Shown: one piece after another, positions 28,121-51,224 of the stretch
Layout: every line of letters starts with the position of its first letter
Position numbering within the stretch: the stretch's first letter is position 1
Source: the human T2T-CHM13v2.0 reference genome, Homo sapiens
Assembly (NCBI RefSeq): GCF_009914755.1
Contig: NC_060931.1
DNA length: 64,000 nt
Direction: 5' to 3' (one strand)
Notes under the pieces: model-generated
Databases searched by the model: none
What the model saw: the letters and a program-made list of their open reading frames with translations, nothing else
Told to the model about the DNA's origin: nothing
Position numbers and translations under genes: made by a program

Positions 28121-28424
28121 TTTTTCTTTTTTTTTTTGAGACAGAGTCTCATTCTGTTGCCTAGGTTGAGTGTAGTGGGCACTATCATAGCTCACTGCAG
28201 CCTCTACCTTTCAGGCTGAAGTGATCCTCCCACCTCTGCCTCCCAAGTAGCTGAGACTACGGGTATGTGCCACCATGCCCAGCTAATTTTTAAATTTTTC
28301 TTTTTTTGTAGAAATGGGGTCGTGCTATGGTGTTCAGGCTTGTCTTGAACTCCTGGACTCAAGAGATCCTCCTGCCTCCGCCTCCCAAAGTGCTGAGATT
28401 ACAGGCGTGAGCCACCACGCCTGG
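28121..28424 (-). mobile_element. AluJ
   Basis: Antisense Alu in intron 2. Confidence 0.88.
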
Positions 28425-28681
28425 CTTTTTCTGCCCTATTTGTATTGTAGCAATAATCTCTTCATTTCATGGTTGCAATATTTTAGTTTCGGGTTAAAAT
28501 GACCTTTGGTGGTTAGCTTAGTAACTTAAATCATTACTTAATGCCATTTTAGTGGGATATAATAGTCTAAAATGCAAAGAAATAATTAGGGATAATTTTA
28601 GTTTTTTTAAACCCCGTGTTTGACCATTTAGCATCTGCGTTAACCAGAGAATTGATTGCTACTCTTCTTTGTAAACCATTT

Positions 28682-28736
28682 TGTGTGTATGTGTGTGTGT
28701 GTATATATACACACACACATACATACATATATATAC
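28682..28736. repeat. (TG)n-(TA)n-(CA)n compound microsatellite at the exon 3 acceptor
   Basis: TGTAT(GT)6ATATAT(AC)5ATACA. Confidence 0.95.
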
Positions 28737-28750
28737 TTTTTTTTTGGTAG

Positions 28751-28842
28751 AATTAGTGCACTGAAAGGCTCCAAAGGAAAAGACTGGGAAATCCCTGTGC
28801 CTGTGGGTATTTCAGTAACTGATGAAAATGGTAAAATTATAG
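28751..28842 (+). CDS. GTPBP10: GTPBP10 exon 3 (ISALKGSKGKDWEIPVPVGISVTDENGKII)
   Basis: ttttggtag acceptor; G|GTGAGT donor; phase 2 to 1. Confidence 0.95.
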
Positions 28843-29113
28843 GTGAGTGTACTATAACTCCAAAAGTTGTAAAAATGTGCACGTTTTCTAAAATGAAACA
28901 ATGGAATAGCTTCTCTTGAGTTTCAGAAGATTTTTTAACTAACAATTTTAGCTACTATTCTATAAGAGAGCATTTTTAAAACTTATAAAAGTTAAATTGA
29001 CTGCTAGATTTAAGATTGTTTTAAAGATGTTACAGTTCTTACTTGGTCTTAAAATATATAACTAGGCTCTTTTCAATTGTTTACTGAAGTGTTTTTCTGG
29101 GGTCAAACTTTTA

Positions 29114-29346
29114 ATAGATTTGTAAATTGGAATTTCCTGGACTGTTTTTCTGAAAGAACAATATTACATTAATGATTCTACTTATTAATTATAGATTTGT
29201 AATTGAGAATTTCCTGGCATGTATTTTTGAAAGTAAAATATTACATTAATGATTTCACTTACTAATCTATAGATTTGTAATTTTGCATTTCTTTGCCTGT
29301 ATTTCTGAAAGAAATATATTGCATTAGTGATTTCACTTATTAATCT
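29114..29346. repeat. Three diverged tandem copies of a 77-78 bp unit
   Basis: Units start at 29114, 29191, 29269, each ATAGATTTGTAA...TGAAAG...ATATT(A/G)CATTA(A/G)TGATT...CTTA(T/C)TAAT. Confidence 0.93.
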
Positions 29347-29378
29347 TTGCTGTAAGTATTTCTCTCCCTCTTTTTAAG

Positions 29379-29523
29379 GAGAACTCAGTAAAGAAAATGA
29401 CAGAATTTTGGTAGCTCAAGGAGGTCTTGGTGGTAAATTACTTACAAATTTCTTACCATTGAAAGGCCAGAAACGAATAATTCACCTTGATCTAAAACTT
29501 ATAGCTGATGTAGGCCTAGTAGG
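29379..29523 (+). CDS. GTPBP10: GTPBP10 exon 4 ([18 protein letters not shown]...[10 protein letters not shown])
   Basis: ttttaag acceptor; GG|GTAAGT donor; Obg-typical AxGGxGG and [11 protein letters not shown]. Confidence 0.95.
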
Positions 29524-30779
29524 GTAAGTATCGTTCATATTTTTATTATTATACTTTCAGAGAGAGAGTTCTTGAATAGAAAATAAATGTAAATGGTAAT
29601 TTGGGGCCATAATTATTTCTAATTTATGGAATTTGTGTGTTGTGTATGTACTTGGAAAATATGCTGCTAAATATTATTTTCAAATTGCCAACACAGAGTT
29701 TCATAGTTATTGCTTATTTATAAAATTAAGACCAGAGCAATTGAATAGATCAGTGGGAATGTTAGAGAATGCATAAAGAAAGAAAAATCAATCAAATGCA
29801 ATATTACAAGACGGTTAAATAATGTTACCAGATATTAATAATAAATCCAAACAAACCGTATTATTATTAAAAATATATAGAAGGAAATAAACAGGGAAAA
29901 ATGGTTGACATAACTCTTTTGGGTCTTAATAGAGACATTAAAGTATCGTTAATCAAATGGCTAAAGACCAGTACAGACAATCTCAATCCTCAGACTTACG
30001 CACTGTTGCCGCCAAATTGAATCCTGCTATGACTGTATATCCTTCTTGCCTCTGCTTAGGATCTATCTAGTCTCAGCAATGTAGGCCTCACAAGAGTGTC
30101 CTCTTCCACCAGCCTCCATTCTTTCATTAAATAATGCTGTTTAGCTGTGGGGTTTGCAGTGCAGCTGCCCACTGGAAGGGGATAGATAGTAAGATACAGA
30201 ATACATAAAGGAAGAGAAAACTTCAATTTGCATTTGCTCTCTCTCCCCCATCCCCCCTCCCTCCTATCCTCTCCCTCTGGCCCTATCACAGTATTACACA
30301 GTTATTCAGATGGAAAGCTTAAGGACAAGATAAGGAAAACTGCCTTATTACTGTCCTACTCCAAATTCCTAGTTCTATTTTTTGCTTCCCCATAGCTTCT
30401 TTCTAAGTTCTTTTCATGTTCCTCTTCAGTCATCTCACTGCTTCTTTACCAGACTCTTAAGTCTGTATCCCTCGTCTTTTGCCCTGCCTGACCAGCCACT
30501 AGAGCTTACCACCATTGGTTTAGGGTTCACAGAGGCCCCATTCCTGCTAAAATTATAACAAGGAAAGATGTGACCCTGGCTTGCCATTTACATTTATTTT
30601 TTTCAATAAAGCACAGTTACAAGAGTTATTAGATGTAAGTTCTATAATCCTCTATATTTTTAGGAACATTATGGGCTTAATAGGGTCTTATGGACAAGAC
30701 TGGCAGTCCAGCCAATCACAGTTGCATTTTGCATAAACATGTGTTTCAAGTTCTGAAGAGACAACTTTACAGTCTAAGA

Positions 30780-31110
30780 GGAGCCTAGCACGGCTTAGTC
30801 ATAAAAGTGGAGTGGCATGGAGGACTCAGGTTAGACTATTTAGGTTAGGATCTCAAATCCTCTGGAGGCTGGCCAGCTGGTCTTGGGTAAATTACACAGC
30901 CTCTCTAAGCCTTTGTTTTCTCTTCTTTTTTTCTTTTCTTTTCTCTCATTCTTCCTTCACTATAGTTTTTTTCTTTTCACCACGTCATTTGTTTTCTCAT
31001 CTTTAATAGTGTATGGAGATAAGTCTTTCCTTAAAATGTTGGTGGGTAAGATAATGCATTTACAGCAGAATACATGCTTTGCATTTTTGTACGTTCAATG
31101 AATTGTAGCT
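30780..31110 (+). mobile_element. MIR remnant
   Basis: TCTTGGGTAAATTACACAGCCTCTCTAAGCCTTTGTTTTCTC core. Confidence 0.6.
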
Positions 31111-32212
31111 GCTATCTTCATCATCATTATATTGCCAACTTACTGGAAAACTGCATATAATGAAATACTAGGCTTTTCAGAAGTAGGTTTGAAATTTGTC
31201 TGTAATTAAAGCATCAAGATTCTTAAGCATATCAAACAAGAATGGGGGAAAAAGATTTTTAAGTGGAATGTTTAACATATTTTCTAGTGTTTTTAAATTA
31301 GGCAACTATTCTTGAAGAGTTACTACTATGAATACTAGCATAAGTAGATATCCTTTTAGCTGGTTTTGGAAATGGACTGAATCACAGAAGAAAGTTATTG
31401 TACAACTAACAGATTTGTGCTGCTGTTGTCAGATCTGATCTTTGCATAGGTTGGATTTTAGCCTGTAAAATTTTCACTGGGTACTTTTCAAGAAAAATTT
31501 CAACTATCTGTTATTCAGTCATTAGCATCATCTTTCTATTCATACTTTGATCTTCTTGGAAATAGTTGCTTGCATTATGTGCTCAATCATTATGAAAATA
31601 TGAGGATGTTGGAAACAAGCAAGTCCAGCTAGTGATAATTATGGATAAAAACAGCTGCAATTTGCTTTTCAAAAGCTATAAGAACCTGGATGAAACAGGG
31701 TACGAAAAAACTATATGTTCCAGGAGAAACAAGTCATTAAGAAACCTCACATAATTTTATTTTAAATTCATGACAGAAAGATTTTTTTAATGAGGGAAAT
31801 TGTTGAAATACCTCCAGCTAATACGCTTTTATAAAATTCCAAATTAATATTTGCAGAATATTCCACCATTATTCCAAATGAAAGTTTGGCAGAGTTTTTG
31901 AAGTACCGTCTTCAAATTTGAATAAGAACTCTGTGAAGGCGGGAATCATTTTGTCTCATTGCTCAGTATGTTGCCTGATACGAAGTCAGTGCTCAATAAA
32001 TATTTGTTGGATAAATTTAATGAAAATATATGAATGAGATTTAGCAATGAATGTTTTAAGTAACCCCCATTCCTAGTACTGTCTTTCATACATGGTGGGC
32101 CTTTCTTGAGGGAAATTTAGCAGTATAATCAAAGCCTTTAAAATGAGCATGTATTTTATCTGGTATTTCTTCATGTAGACATTTATTCCAAGAAAGAAAT
32201 CAAAGATGTGTG

Positions 32213-33420
32213 CAAAGAGAAGTCTTAGCCAGAACAATCAGGCAAGAGAAAAAAAGGGCATTCAAATTGGAAAGAAGGAAGTCAAACTATCTGTTTGCCC
32301 ACCATATGATCTTATACCTTGAAAACCCTAGAGACTCCTTCAAAAGACTCCTAGATTTGATAAATGAATTCAGTATACTCTCAGGTTACAAAATCAGTAT
32401 ACACAAATCAATAGCACTGCTATACACCAACAACAACCAAGCTGAGAATTAAATCAAGAACTCAATCCCTTTTACAATAGCTACAAAAAATAAAATACCA
32501 AAGAATATACGTAACCAAGGTCGAGAAAGATCTCTACAAGGAGAACTACAGAACACTGCTGAAAGAAATCATAGATGACACAAACAAATGGAAATACATC
32601 CAAAGCAATCCTAAGCAAAATGAACAAATCTAGAGGAATCATATTACCTGACTTCAAATTATATTACAAGGTTATAGTAACCAAAACAGCATGGTATTGA
32701 CAGAGAAGTAGGTACTTAGACCAATGGAACAGAATAGAGAACCCAGAAATAAAACCAAATACTTAAGACCAACTGATCGTCAACAAAGCACACAAAAACA
32801 TAAACTGGGGAAAGGATACCCTATTCAAAAAATGATGCTGAGAAAATTGGATATCCAAATGTAGAATAATGAAACTGCATTCATATCTCTCATTATATAC
32901 AAAAATTAAGATAGATTAAAGATTTTAATCTAAGACCTGAAATTATAAAAATTCTACAACACTTAGGAAAAACCCTTCTGGACATTGGCCTAGACAAAGA
33001 ATCTGTGACTAAGATCTCAAACCAAATGCAACAAAAATACATAAGTGGGACCTAATTAAAGTAAAAGTCTTGTGCACAGCAAAAGAAAGAATCAACAGAG
33101 TAAACAGCCTACAGAATGGGAGAAAGTATTTGCAAACTACGCATCTAACAGAGGACTAATATACTGAGTCTGCAAGGAACTCAGATCAGCAAGGAAAAAA
33201 CAATTCCGTTAAAAAGTGGACAAATGACATGGACATTTCTCAAAAGAAGATATGCATACAAATGGCCAATACGCATATAAGAAAATGTTCAACATCACTA
33301 ATACTCAGGGAAATGCATATTAAAACCACAATGATTTACCAACTTAGCTAGAATGGTCATTATGGAAAAGTCAAAAAACAATACGTGCTGACATAGATGT
33401 GGGGAAAAGAGAACTCATAC
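32213..33420 (+). mobile_element. L1PB-like ORF2 3' part (host of the L1PA composite)
   Basis: EVLARTIRQEK...MILYLENPRDS; continues at 44383. Confidence 0.8.
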
Positions 33421-44245
<10,825 letters not shown>

Positions 44246-44382
44246 AACTCTTACAAAGACGTACAGAGTGTTATAATGGGCATTGGAGACTCAGAGGGAG
44301 GAAGGATAGGAGGGCAGTGAGGGATGCAAAACTACCTATTGGGTACAATGTACACTGCTTGGGTGATGGGTACACTAAAATT

Positions 44383-45005
44383 CACTGTTGAGTGAGAATG
44401 CAAATTAGTACAACCTATATGGAAACAGTATGGAGATTTCTCAAAGAACTGAAAGTAGAAATATCATTTCATCCAGCAATCCCACTACAGGATATCTACC
44501 CAAAGGAAAAGAAGTCATTATATTAAAAAGATACCTGCACACATGTTTATCACAGTATCATTCAGAATTGCAAAGACATGGAATCAACCTTAGTGCCCAT
44601 CAACCAATGAATGAAGAAAATTGAGTGTGTGTGTGTGTGTGTGTGTGTATCTATATATACACACACACCATAGAATACTACTCAGCCATAAAAAAGAATG
44701 AGGACATCTTCCTAAGTGAAGTAACTCAGGAACGGAAATCCAAGTGCCACATATTGTCACTTATAAGTGGGAGCTAAGCTGTGCGTACACAGAGGCATGC
44801 AGAGTGGTATAATGGACATTGGAGACTCGGAGGGAGGACAGGAGGATGGGGAGGGATGAAAAACTCTCTGTTGGGTACAATGTACACTACTTGGGTGATG
44901 GGTACACTAAAATCCTGGACTTCACCATTACACAATGTATCCATGTAACAACAACAACAAAAAAATCACTTGTACCCCTAAAGCTATTGAAATAAAAACA
45001 TTAAA
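44383..45005 (+). mobile_element. L1PB-like 3' end (continuation of 32213-33420)
   Basis: CACTGTTG...AAATTAGTACAACC resumes the host L1; 3' UTR and A-rich tail. Confidence 0.8.
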
Positions 45006-45012
45006 AGAAATA

Positions 45013-45300
45013 GGTCGGACATGGTGGCTCACACCTGTAATCCCAGCACTCTGGGAGGCCAAGGTGGGCAGATCACGAGGTCAGGAGATTGAGACCATCC
45101 TGGCTAATATGGTGAAACCCCATCTCTACTGAAAATACAAAAAAAATTAGCCAGGCATTGTGGCGGGCGCCTGTAGTCCCATCTACTTGGGAGGCTGAGG
45201 CAGGAGAATGGCGTGAACCGGGAGGTGGAGCTTGCAGTGAGCCAAGATCACGCCACTGCACTCCAGCCTGGGCAACAGAGCGAGACTCCATCTCAATAGA

Positions 45301-45331
<31 letters not shown>

Positions 45332-45333
45332 AT
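45013..45333 (+). mobile_element. AluY with (TAAA)n tail
   Basis: AGAATGGCGTGAACC, GGAGCTTGCAGTGAG. Confidence 0.9.
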
Positions 45334-46439
45334 AGATATGAGCTATTAAGCTATGAAAAGATGAAAAAAGTTGCAAAAGTTTAAAGATAGTCATTGCATT
45401 GTTTAAAGTTATTTTAAAAAAACAAATAATACACACTTGTTTGCATAAAGAAAAAGTTGTCTATGAATTCCACCACCCAGAGATGACTATTAACAGTGTC
45501 TGTCTACCTGTATACACATTTTTTACAATGTTGTTTAGAGTGAAAAATTGTAGACAACCTGAAAGTCTGTCAATAGGAAATTAGTTAAGTAAATTACACT
45601 TCACCATTGAAAAGTGTTCACCTTATATGATTCAGTTTAAAGAGTAGGCCAAGCAACTATAAAGTAGTTTTCCCCTACTTCCTTCAAAAAAATATGAAAA
45701 CTTGAACATTAAGACTCTATAAAAACTGCCAATTTTTTGCAGACAATAGAGGGAAAAAGAGCATGTTAAGTGTCCATGTAGGTGCTAGTAGAAAAATGAA
45801 GACTTTGGAAAAGAAACTCTGTAGGACAACTGACCCAGTTTCTTTAAAAATAAAATTGCAGATAGGAAACAAGATGGTAGGGGGAGCTTGAAAATAGATT
45901 TGAGACACACCGGGTATTTGTAACGTACAGACCTTACTTGGATTTCTATTCAAACCAAATTTTAAGAAGTATATTGCCAATGTATTAATATTTGTTGAAG
46001 CTAGGTGATAGCTAAATGGAATTCATTACACCTCTCTACTTTTGTATATGTTTGAAACTGTCTATAAAATTTTTTTTTAAAGCAGTTTACAAAACAAGGT
46101 AATGTTTTGTCAGTGTATAGCTGGAGTTAGAAAGTTACAGGTGTTTTTCTTTTTTTTCTTTAATTTCTGTTTTTTCTATGACTTCCAATGGGTTTTTATT
46201 TTTAAATCATAATTGGAATAATTATTATACACTTTAAATATTGAAACATCTTCAGTGTCCAGCATGAATTTATCTTTACCTTTTATGTAAGTGTATGTTC
46301 TCAAGTTTTTCAAGATTATTTATAATACATTTATATTCTACTTTTAATCCCAAATATATTCATGAAGTCTACTTGAATTGTTAGGAATTCAGAGATAATA
46401 ATATTGACATTTGTGTATAATTTTATATTCTTGTTTCAG

Positions 46440-46513
46440 ATTCCCAAATGCTGGAAAATCCTCTTTGCTAAGTTGTGTTTCTCATGCAAAACCTGCAATT
46501 GCAGATTACGCAT
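46440..46513 (+). CDS. GTPBP10: GTPBP10 exon 5 (G1/P-loop FPNAGKSSLL...IADYA)
   Basis: tttcag acceptor; T|GTAAGT donor; completes GFPNAGKS. Confidence 0.96.
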
Positions 46514-46639
46514 GTAAGTGTAATTTGATTGTACATTTTAATGAGTGGAGGTAAACTTTTAAAGACTAATATTTCTCTGAGAATGAATAAAATGATAACT
46601 CGGAGGGTATCCTTAACTGAAAAATTTTTGGCAGATAGA

Positions 46640-46900
46640 CTACTGTTGCACAGGCCAAAGTGCAGTTGCATGATCATGGCTCACTGCAGCCCAGGCTCAA
46701 GCCATCCCCCTGCATCAGCCTCCCATGTAGATGGGACTACAGGTATGTGCCACCATGCTTGGCTAACTTTTTTTTTTTTTTTGTGGGGACAGGGGTTTCG
46801 CCATGTTGCCCAGGCTGGTCTTGAACTCCTAGGCTCAAGTGATCTCCCACCTTGGCCTTCTAAATTGCTGGGTTATAGGTGTGAGCCACCCTCCCCAGCC
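46640..46900 (-). mobile_element. AluJ (partial)
   Basis: Antisense Alu about 130 bp after exon 5. Confidence 0.8.
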
Positions 46901-48129
46901 ATATTTTCCATTAATCTTTGAAACCTCTATACCCCTCAGCAAAGTTGCTTAAACAGGTTAGACACTTACTTTATTGCATTTATTTTTCTGTCACAGAATC
47001 GTTTATTTGGTTTAGTTAGGATTTTATGAACCACTTACCTTTTATCAGGCACTGTGATAAGTACCAGGAAGGTACTTATCATTCATTTAGCAGATACTTA
47101 TTTTTGGAGCCACATTAGGTTCTGGGATTACAAAGACTGATAAACAGAAACAGCTCCTGTTTTGACTTGTATTGAGTTTGTAGACTAGTGGAGTAAGGCG
47201 TACATATCACTAATAAATATAAGGGAATATGAAAGGGTACTATGAAAGAGTATAGATGACTGCTCTAGGCTTCCTTAAGGATGTGTGATTTTTGGACTGG
47301 GATATGAGGAATAATTATGAGGTAATTAGTAAAATAGAGTGGAGGGTGAAGGGTCTTTAATCAGAGGAAATAGTATGTACACAAAGGCTTAGTGGTGGCA
47401 GGGAGTAGATTTGTGTGTCTAGAGAACATGAAATAAGGGAAAGAATCGAGATGAGCCTGGAGATGTAAGAGAGCATGTCACATAGACCATTTAGGCTGTA
47501 TTTGATTTTTATATCTTAAGAGCAATTGGAAGCATTTAAGCAAGGGATAAAATGCTTAGGTTTGCTCCTCACAGAGATCTCGGCCTGTAATGTAGAAAAT
47601 GGATTGGTGTGGGACATGAAGGGTCTGAGACAACCAGTTAGTAGGCTCTTGTGGTAGCTAGATGAGATATAAAAGAAGCTTTGGTTAAAAGTAGTGAGTA
47701 TGATAAGATCTCTGCCATCATTAAAAGGACACAGAATGCCATTAACTTGGAAAATAAAATCAAGCCATTCTAAAATTAGACTGTGACGAAGTAGAGTGAA
47801 GTTTGGACTAAGTGCTATAAATCACAAGGCCAATATTTGTTATAATATATGTAGGACTTGAGAAGGAAGAGCAAAAAGTCATAGGAAAGAGGCTAGCGTA
47901 GGATTGATGAGGCTTAAGGATAACAATGAGAAGGAACTAGAGGATAACTGAATGAGAAGGAACTAGAAAAATTTCAGCCACAGATCCAGTGATAGAAACT
48001 TAATATCTGACCCTCCTGAACATCTATCACTCACCTTAAAGTGCAATAGAAGAACGTTGAGGTTCAGTAATTACATTAGGCCTATACAGATTATAAAAAT
48101 CTGTGTTTGTCTTTTTCCAAATACTATTT

Positions 48130-48492
<363 letters not shown>

Positions 48493-48586
48493 TGAAATAT
48501 TGTTTATGCATAATACCAAGACAGTTTTGAGAGTACCAGCCCTAAAATAAATTCTAGCCTTAATTTATTGCTGTGTTTCCTTTTAG

Positions 48587-48639
48587 TTACAACATTAAAG
48601 CCTGAACTTGGAAAGATAATGTACAGTGATTTCAAACAG
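48587..48639 (+). CDS. GTPBP10: GTPBP10 exon 6 (G2 FTTLKPELGKIMYSDFKQ)
   Basis: ttttag acceptor; CAG|GTAGGT donor. Confidence 0.95.
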
Positions 48640-49144
48640 GTAGGTATTTTTAAAGTAAAACACTCTATTAGAAGTCAAAAGTACTTGGTTTTGGTACGTA
48701 CTTGGATATTATAGTTTTTGCCTGTTTCTGTGGTGTTAGGGGAGAAAAAGTAACAAGATTTTGTTTATGCTAAGTGAAACTGGTCAAATTAATTCTGAGC
48801 ACTATCATAATATATTTAATTTCTTCTTCCAAAGATTAGGTCCAGTTTATCCCTACAACATTATGTCTTCTTCTTAGCCTTAGTTTCTTCTTATTGCAAG
48901 TCTTTCTTTTACTACTATATTGGATTATTTATCTTCATTTTTTAAAAATGCTCTCTAAAGTTCATGGTAATGATTTTATTCCAACTTTTCTTTTTTTGAG
49001 AAAGAAAATGTTTTAATGGAGTTTTGGTCTCAACCAGCTATTAAAATTCATTTTTTCCTTCACAAGTAACAACAGTGGATCTTCTGTATAATTAGAAAAA
49101 AACTAAAAAAAGGAAAGTAACAATATTTAAAATATAATGTACAA

Positions 49145-49745
49145 TCTAGTAGTTGTGCTCCTTAGCATTTACCCATGTACATTGAAAAGTTATGCACACA
49201 CAGAAGTCTGCACATGGATGCTTATAGCAGCTTTATTTGTAATTACCAAACCTTGGCCAAGATATCTTTCAGTAGGTGAATGGGTAAATAAACTGTGATA
49301 TATATTTAGACAGTGGATTATTATTCAGCTCTAAAAAGAACTGGGCTATCAAGCCTCAAAAAGACCTAGGGGAACCTTAAATGCGTAATACTAAGTGAGA
49401 GAAGCCAATCTGAAAAGACTGTGTGATACTGTATGATTCTAACTATATGACATTCTGGATAAGGCAAAGCTGTGGAGACAGTAAAAAAAAAAAATGAATG
49501 ATTTCCAGGGTTAGGGAGGAAGGAGAGATGAATAAGCAGAGTACAGAGAACTTTTAGGGTACACTATAAAGTACAATACATATAGTAAAGTATGATACTA
49601 TATAATATTACAGCAACATTGTGTTGCTGTAATGGTAGACACAGTATACATTTGTTAAAATCCATAGAATGTACAGCACCAAGAATGCAACAATGTAAAG
49701 TATAGACTTTGGGTGCTAACGATGCATCAATATGGGTTCATACAG
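49145..49745 (+). mobile_element. L1M (MB/MC-type) 3' end
   Basis: CTAAGTGAGAGAAGCCAATCTGAAAAG...ATGACATTCTGG...TCCATAGAATGTACAGCACCAAGA. Confidence 0.7.
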
Positions 49746-50049
49746 TTTTATGACATAATTTAAAGAAACATAAAAAAGTATTTGGTTATAATAGTGATAA
49801 TAACAGTAAAAGATAAAACCAGTTATAATATAGAATGTTAACTGTAAGTAAAATTGTATTAAATATAGGATAATATGAATATATAGAACAATATTTAGAG
49901 GAAAAGAGAACATCATTTATACCGAATTTTTAAGGGAAATCAGTAGAGGAAATTTCAGGACATGAGACTTCTGTTGTGCATGCTGCTTTGTCAGCTTCCT
50001 TTAAGACCCTGAATTATTTATCTACACTGGGCAAGGGATGTCGAGTACT

Positions 50050-50226
50050 GCCTCTCATTCTTTATTGCACTTCAGAATTATCTGGGTGGTCTAAGAACAG
50101 CAATGATGAGTGATGCTTAGGCCCCAGAGATTTGAAACTAAATCTCTTGGGGGTAGGGCCTGGGCATTTGTAGCTTCTAAGAGTTCCCTACGTGATTATG
50201 ATGCACAGTGAGGTTTGAAAAGCACA
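50050..50226. mobile_element. MER5-like hAT remnant
   Basis: GGGGTAGGGCCTGGGCATTTGTA...GTGATTATGATGCAC...GTTTGAAAAGCAC. Confidence 0.55.
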
Positions 50227-50229
50227 AGT

Positions 50230-50530
<301 letters not shown>

Positions 50531-50605
50531 AAAAGCACAAGTGTAAAATGATGGTTAATAATGATTATTCCCTCTAAAAGGAGTCTAGGAAACTGTATTC
50601 TTTTA

Positions 50606-50991
50606 TTATGTTGGTACAAAAGTAACTGTGGTTTTGGCCATTAAAAGTAATGGCCAAAAGTAGGAGAAAGTAGGAGAGCCACAACTACAACTTGGGTTTG
50701 TCGAGTGCTGTTTCACCTGACTGATCTTACTTGAATACTGGCACAAAATGAGATGATGACAAGGTGACAAGGAAGCATGCTCAGGTGAATGAACTTCTAG
50801 ATGATAGAACTCTGCTCCTCATGTAATGCCATGAGATTTGCTTAAGTATAAACAATAATGACCTACAAAAATGTGAAGCATTAACAAACATGGCACTGCA
50901 AAGAACAGGTGAGGAGAATCACACCTCTATTAATGTAGTAAAGTCTCTTAAAAGTAATGCCAAAACCACAGTTACTTTTATACCAACCTAA
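50606..50991. mobile_element. Hsmar1-TIR (MADE1) element interrupted by about 290 bp of unassigned sequence
   Basis: Left TIR TTATGTTGGTACAAAAGTAACTGTGGTTTTGGC; right TIR GCCAAAACCACAGTTACTTTTATACCAACCTAA; TA on both flanks. Confidence 0.88.
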
Positions 50992-51224
50992 TACTTTGTA
51001 AGAATGGTCGATAATCCTGCTAGTATAATATGAACAGAAAAGGAACAATTGGTGCCAAATAAATAATTACAAATTGAATTTAAAATACAGAGCTGTACCT
51101 GGTAAATGTCTGCTGAATTAATAACCTCATAGATTTTTACGAATTTGGAGTATAAAGGTTGAAATTCTGTGAAAAGTTCATATTGGACAATACCATTTAG
51201 GAAATTATAAATAAATTTTAAACT

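Noticed and set aside
29249-29308. Possible intronic box C/D snoRNA (ATGATT…CTGA, about 70 nt upstream of the acceptor)
   Set aside because: Box C does not match RTGATGA, there is no terminal stem, and the motifs are explained by the 78-bp repeat; snoscan or small-RNA data could overturn this
47925-47967. Short duplication AATGAGAAGGAACTAGA x2 (similarly AATCAGTATGCCAT x2 near 58569-58606)
   Set aside because: Ordinary slippage-type micro-duplications with no functional context
50751-50830. GATGATGA box C motif inside the MADE1 cargo
   Set aside because: No CTGA box D at a suitable distance downstream
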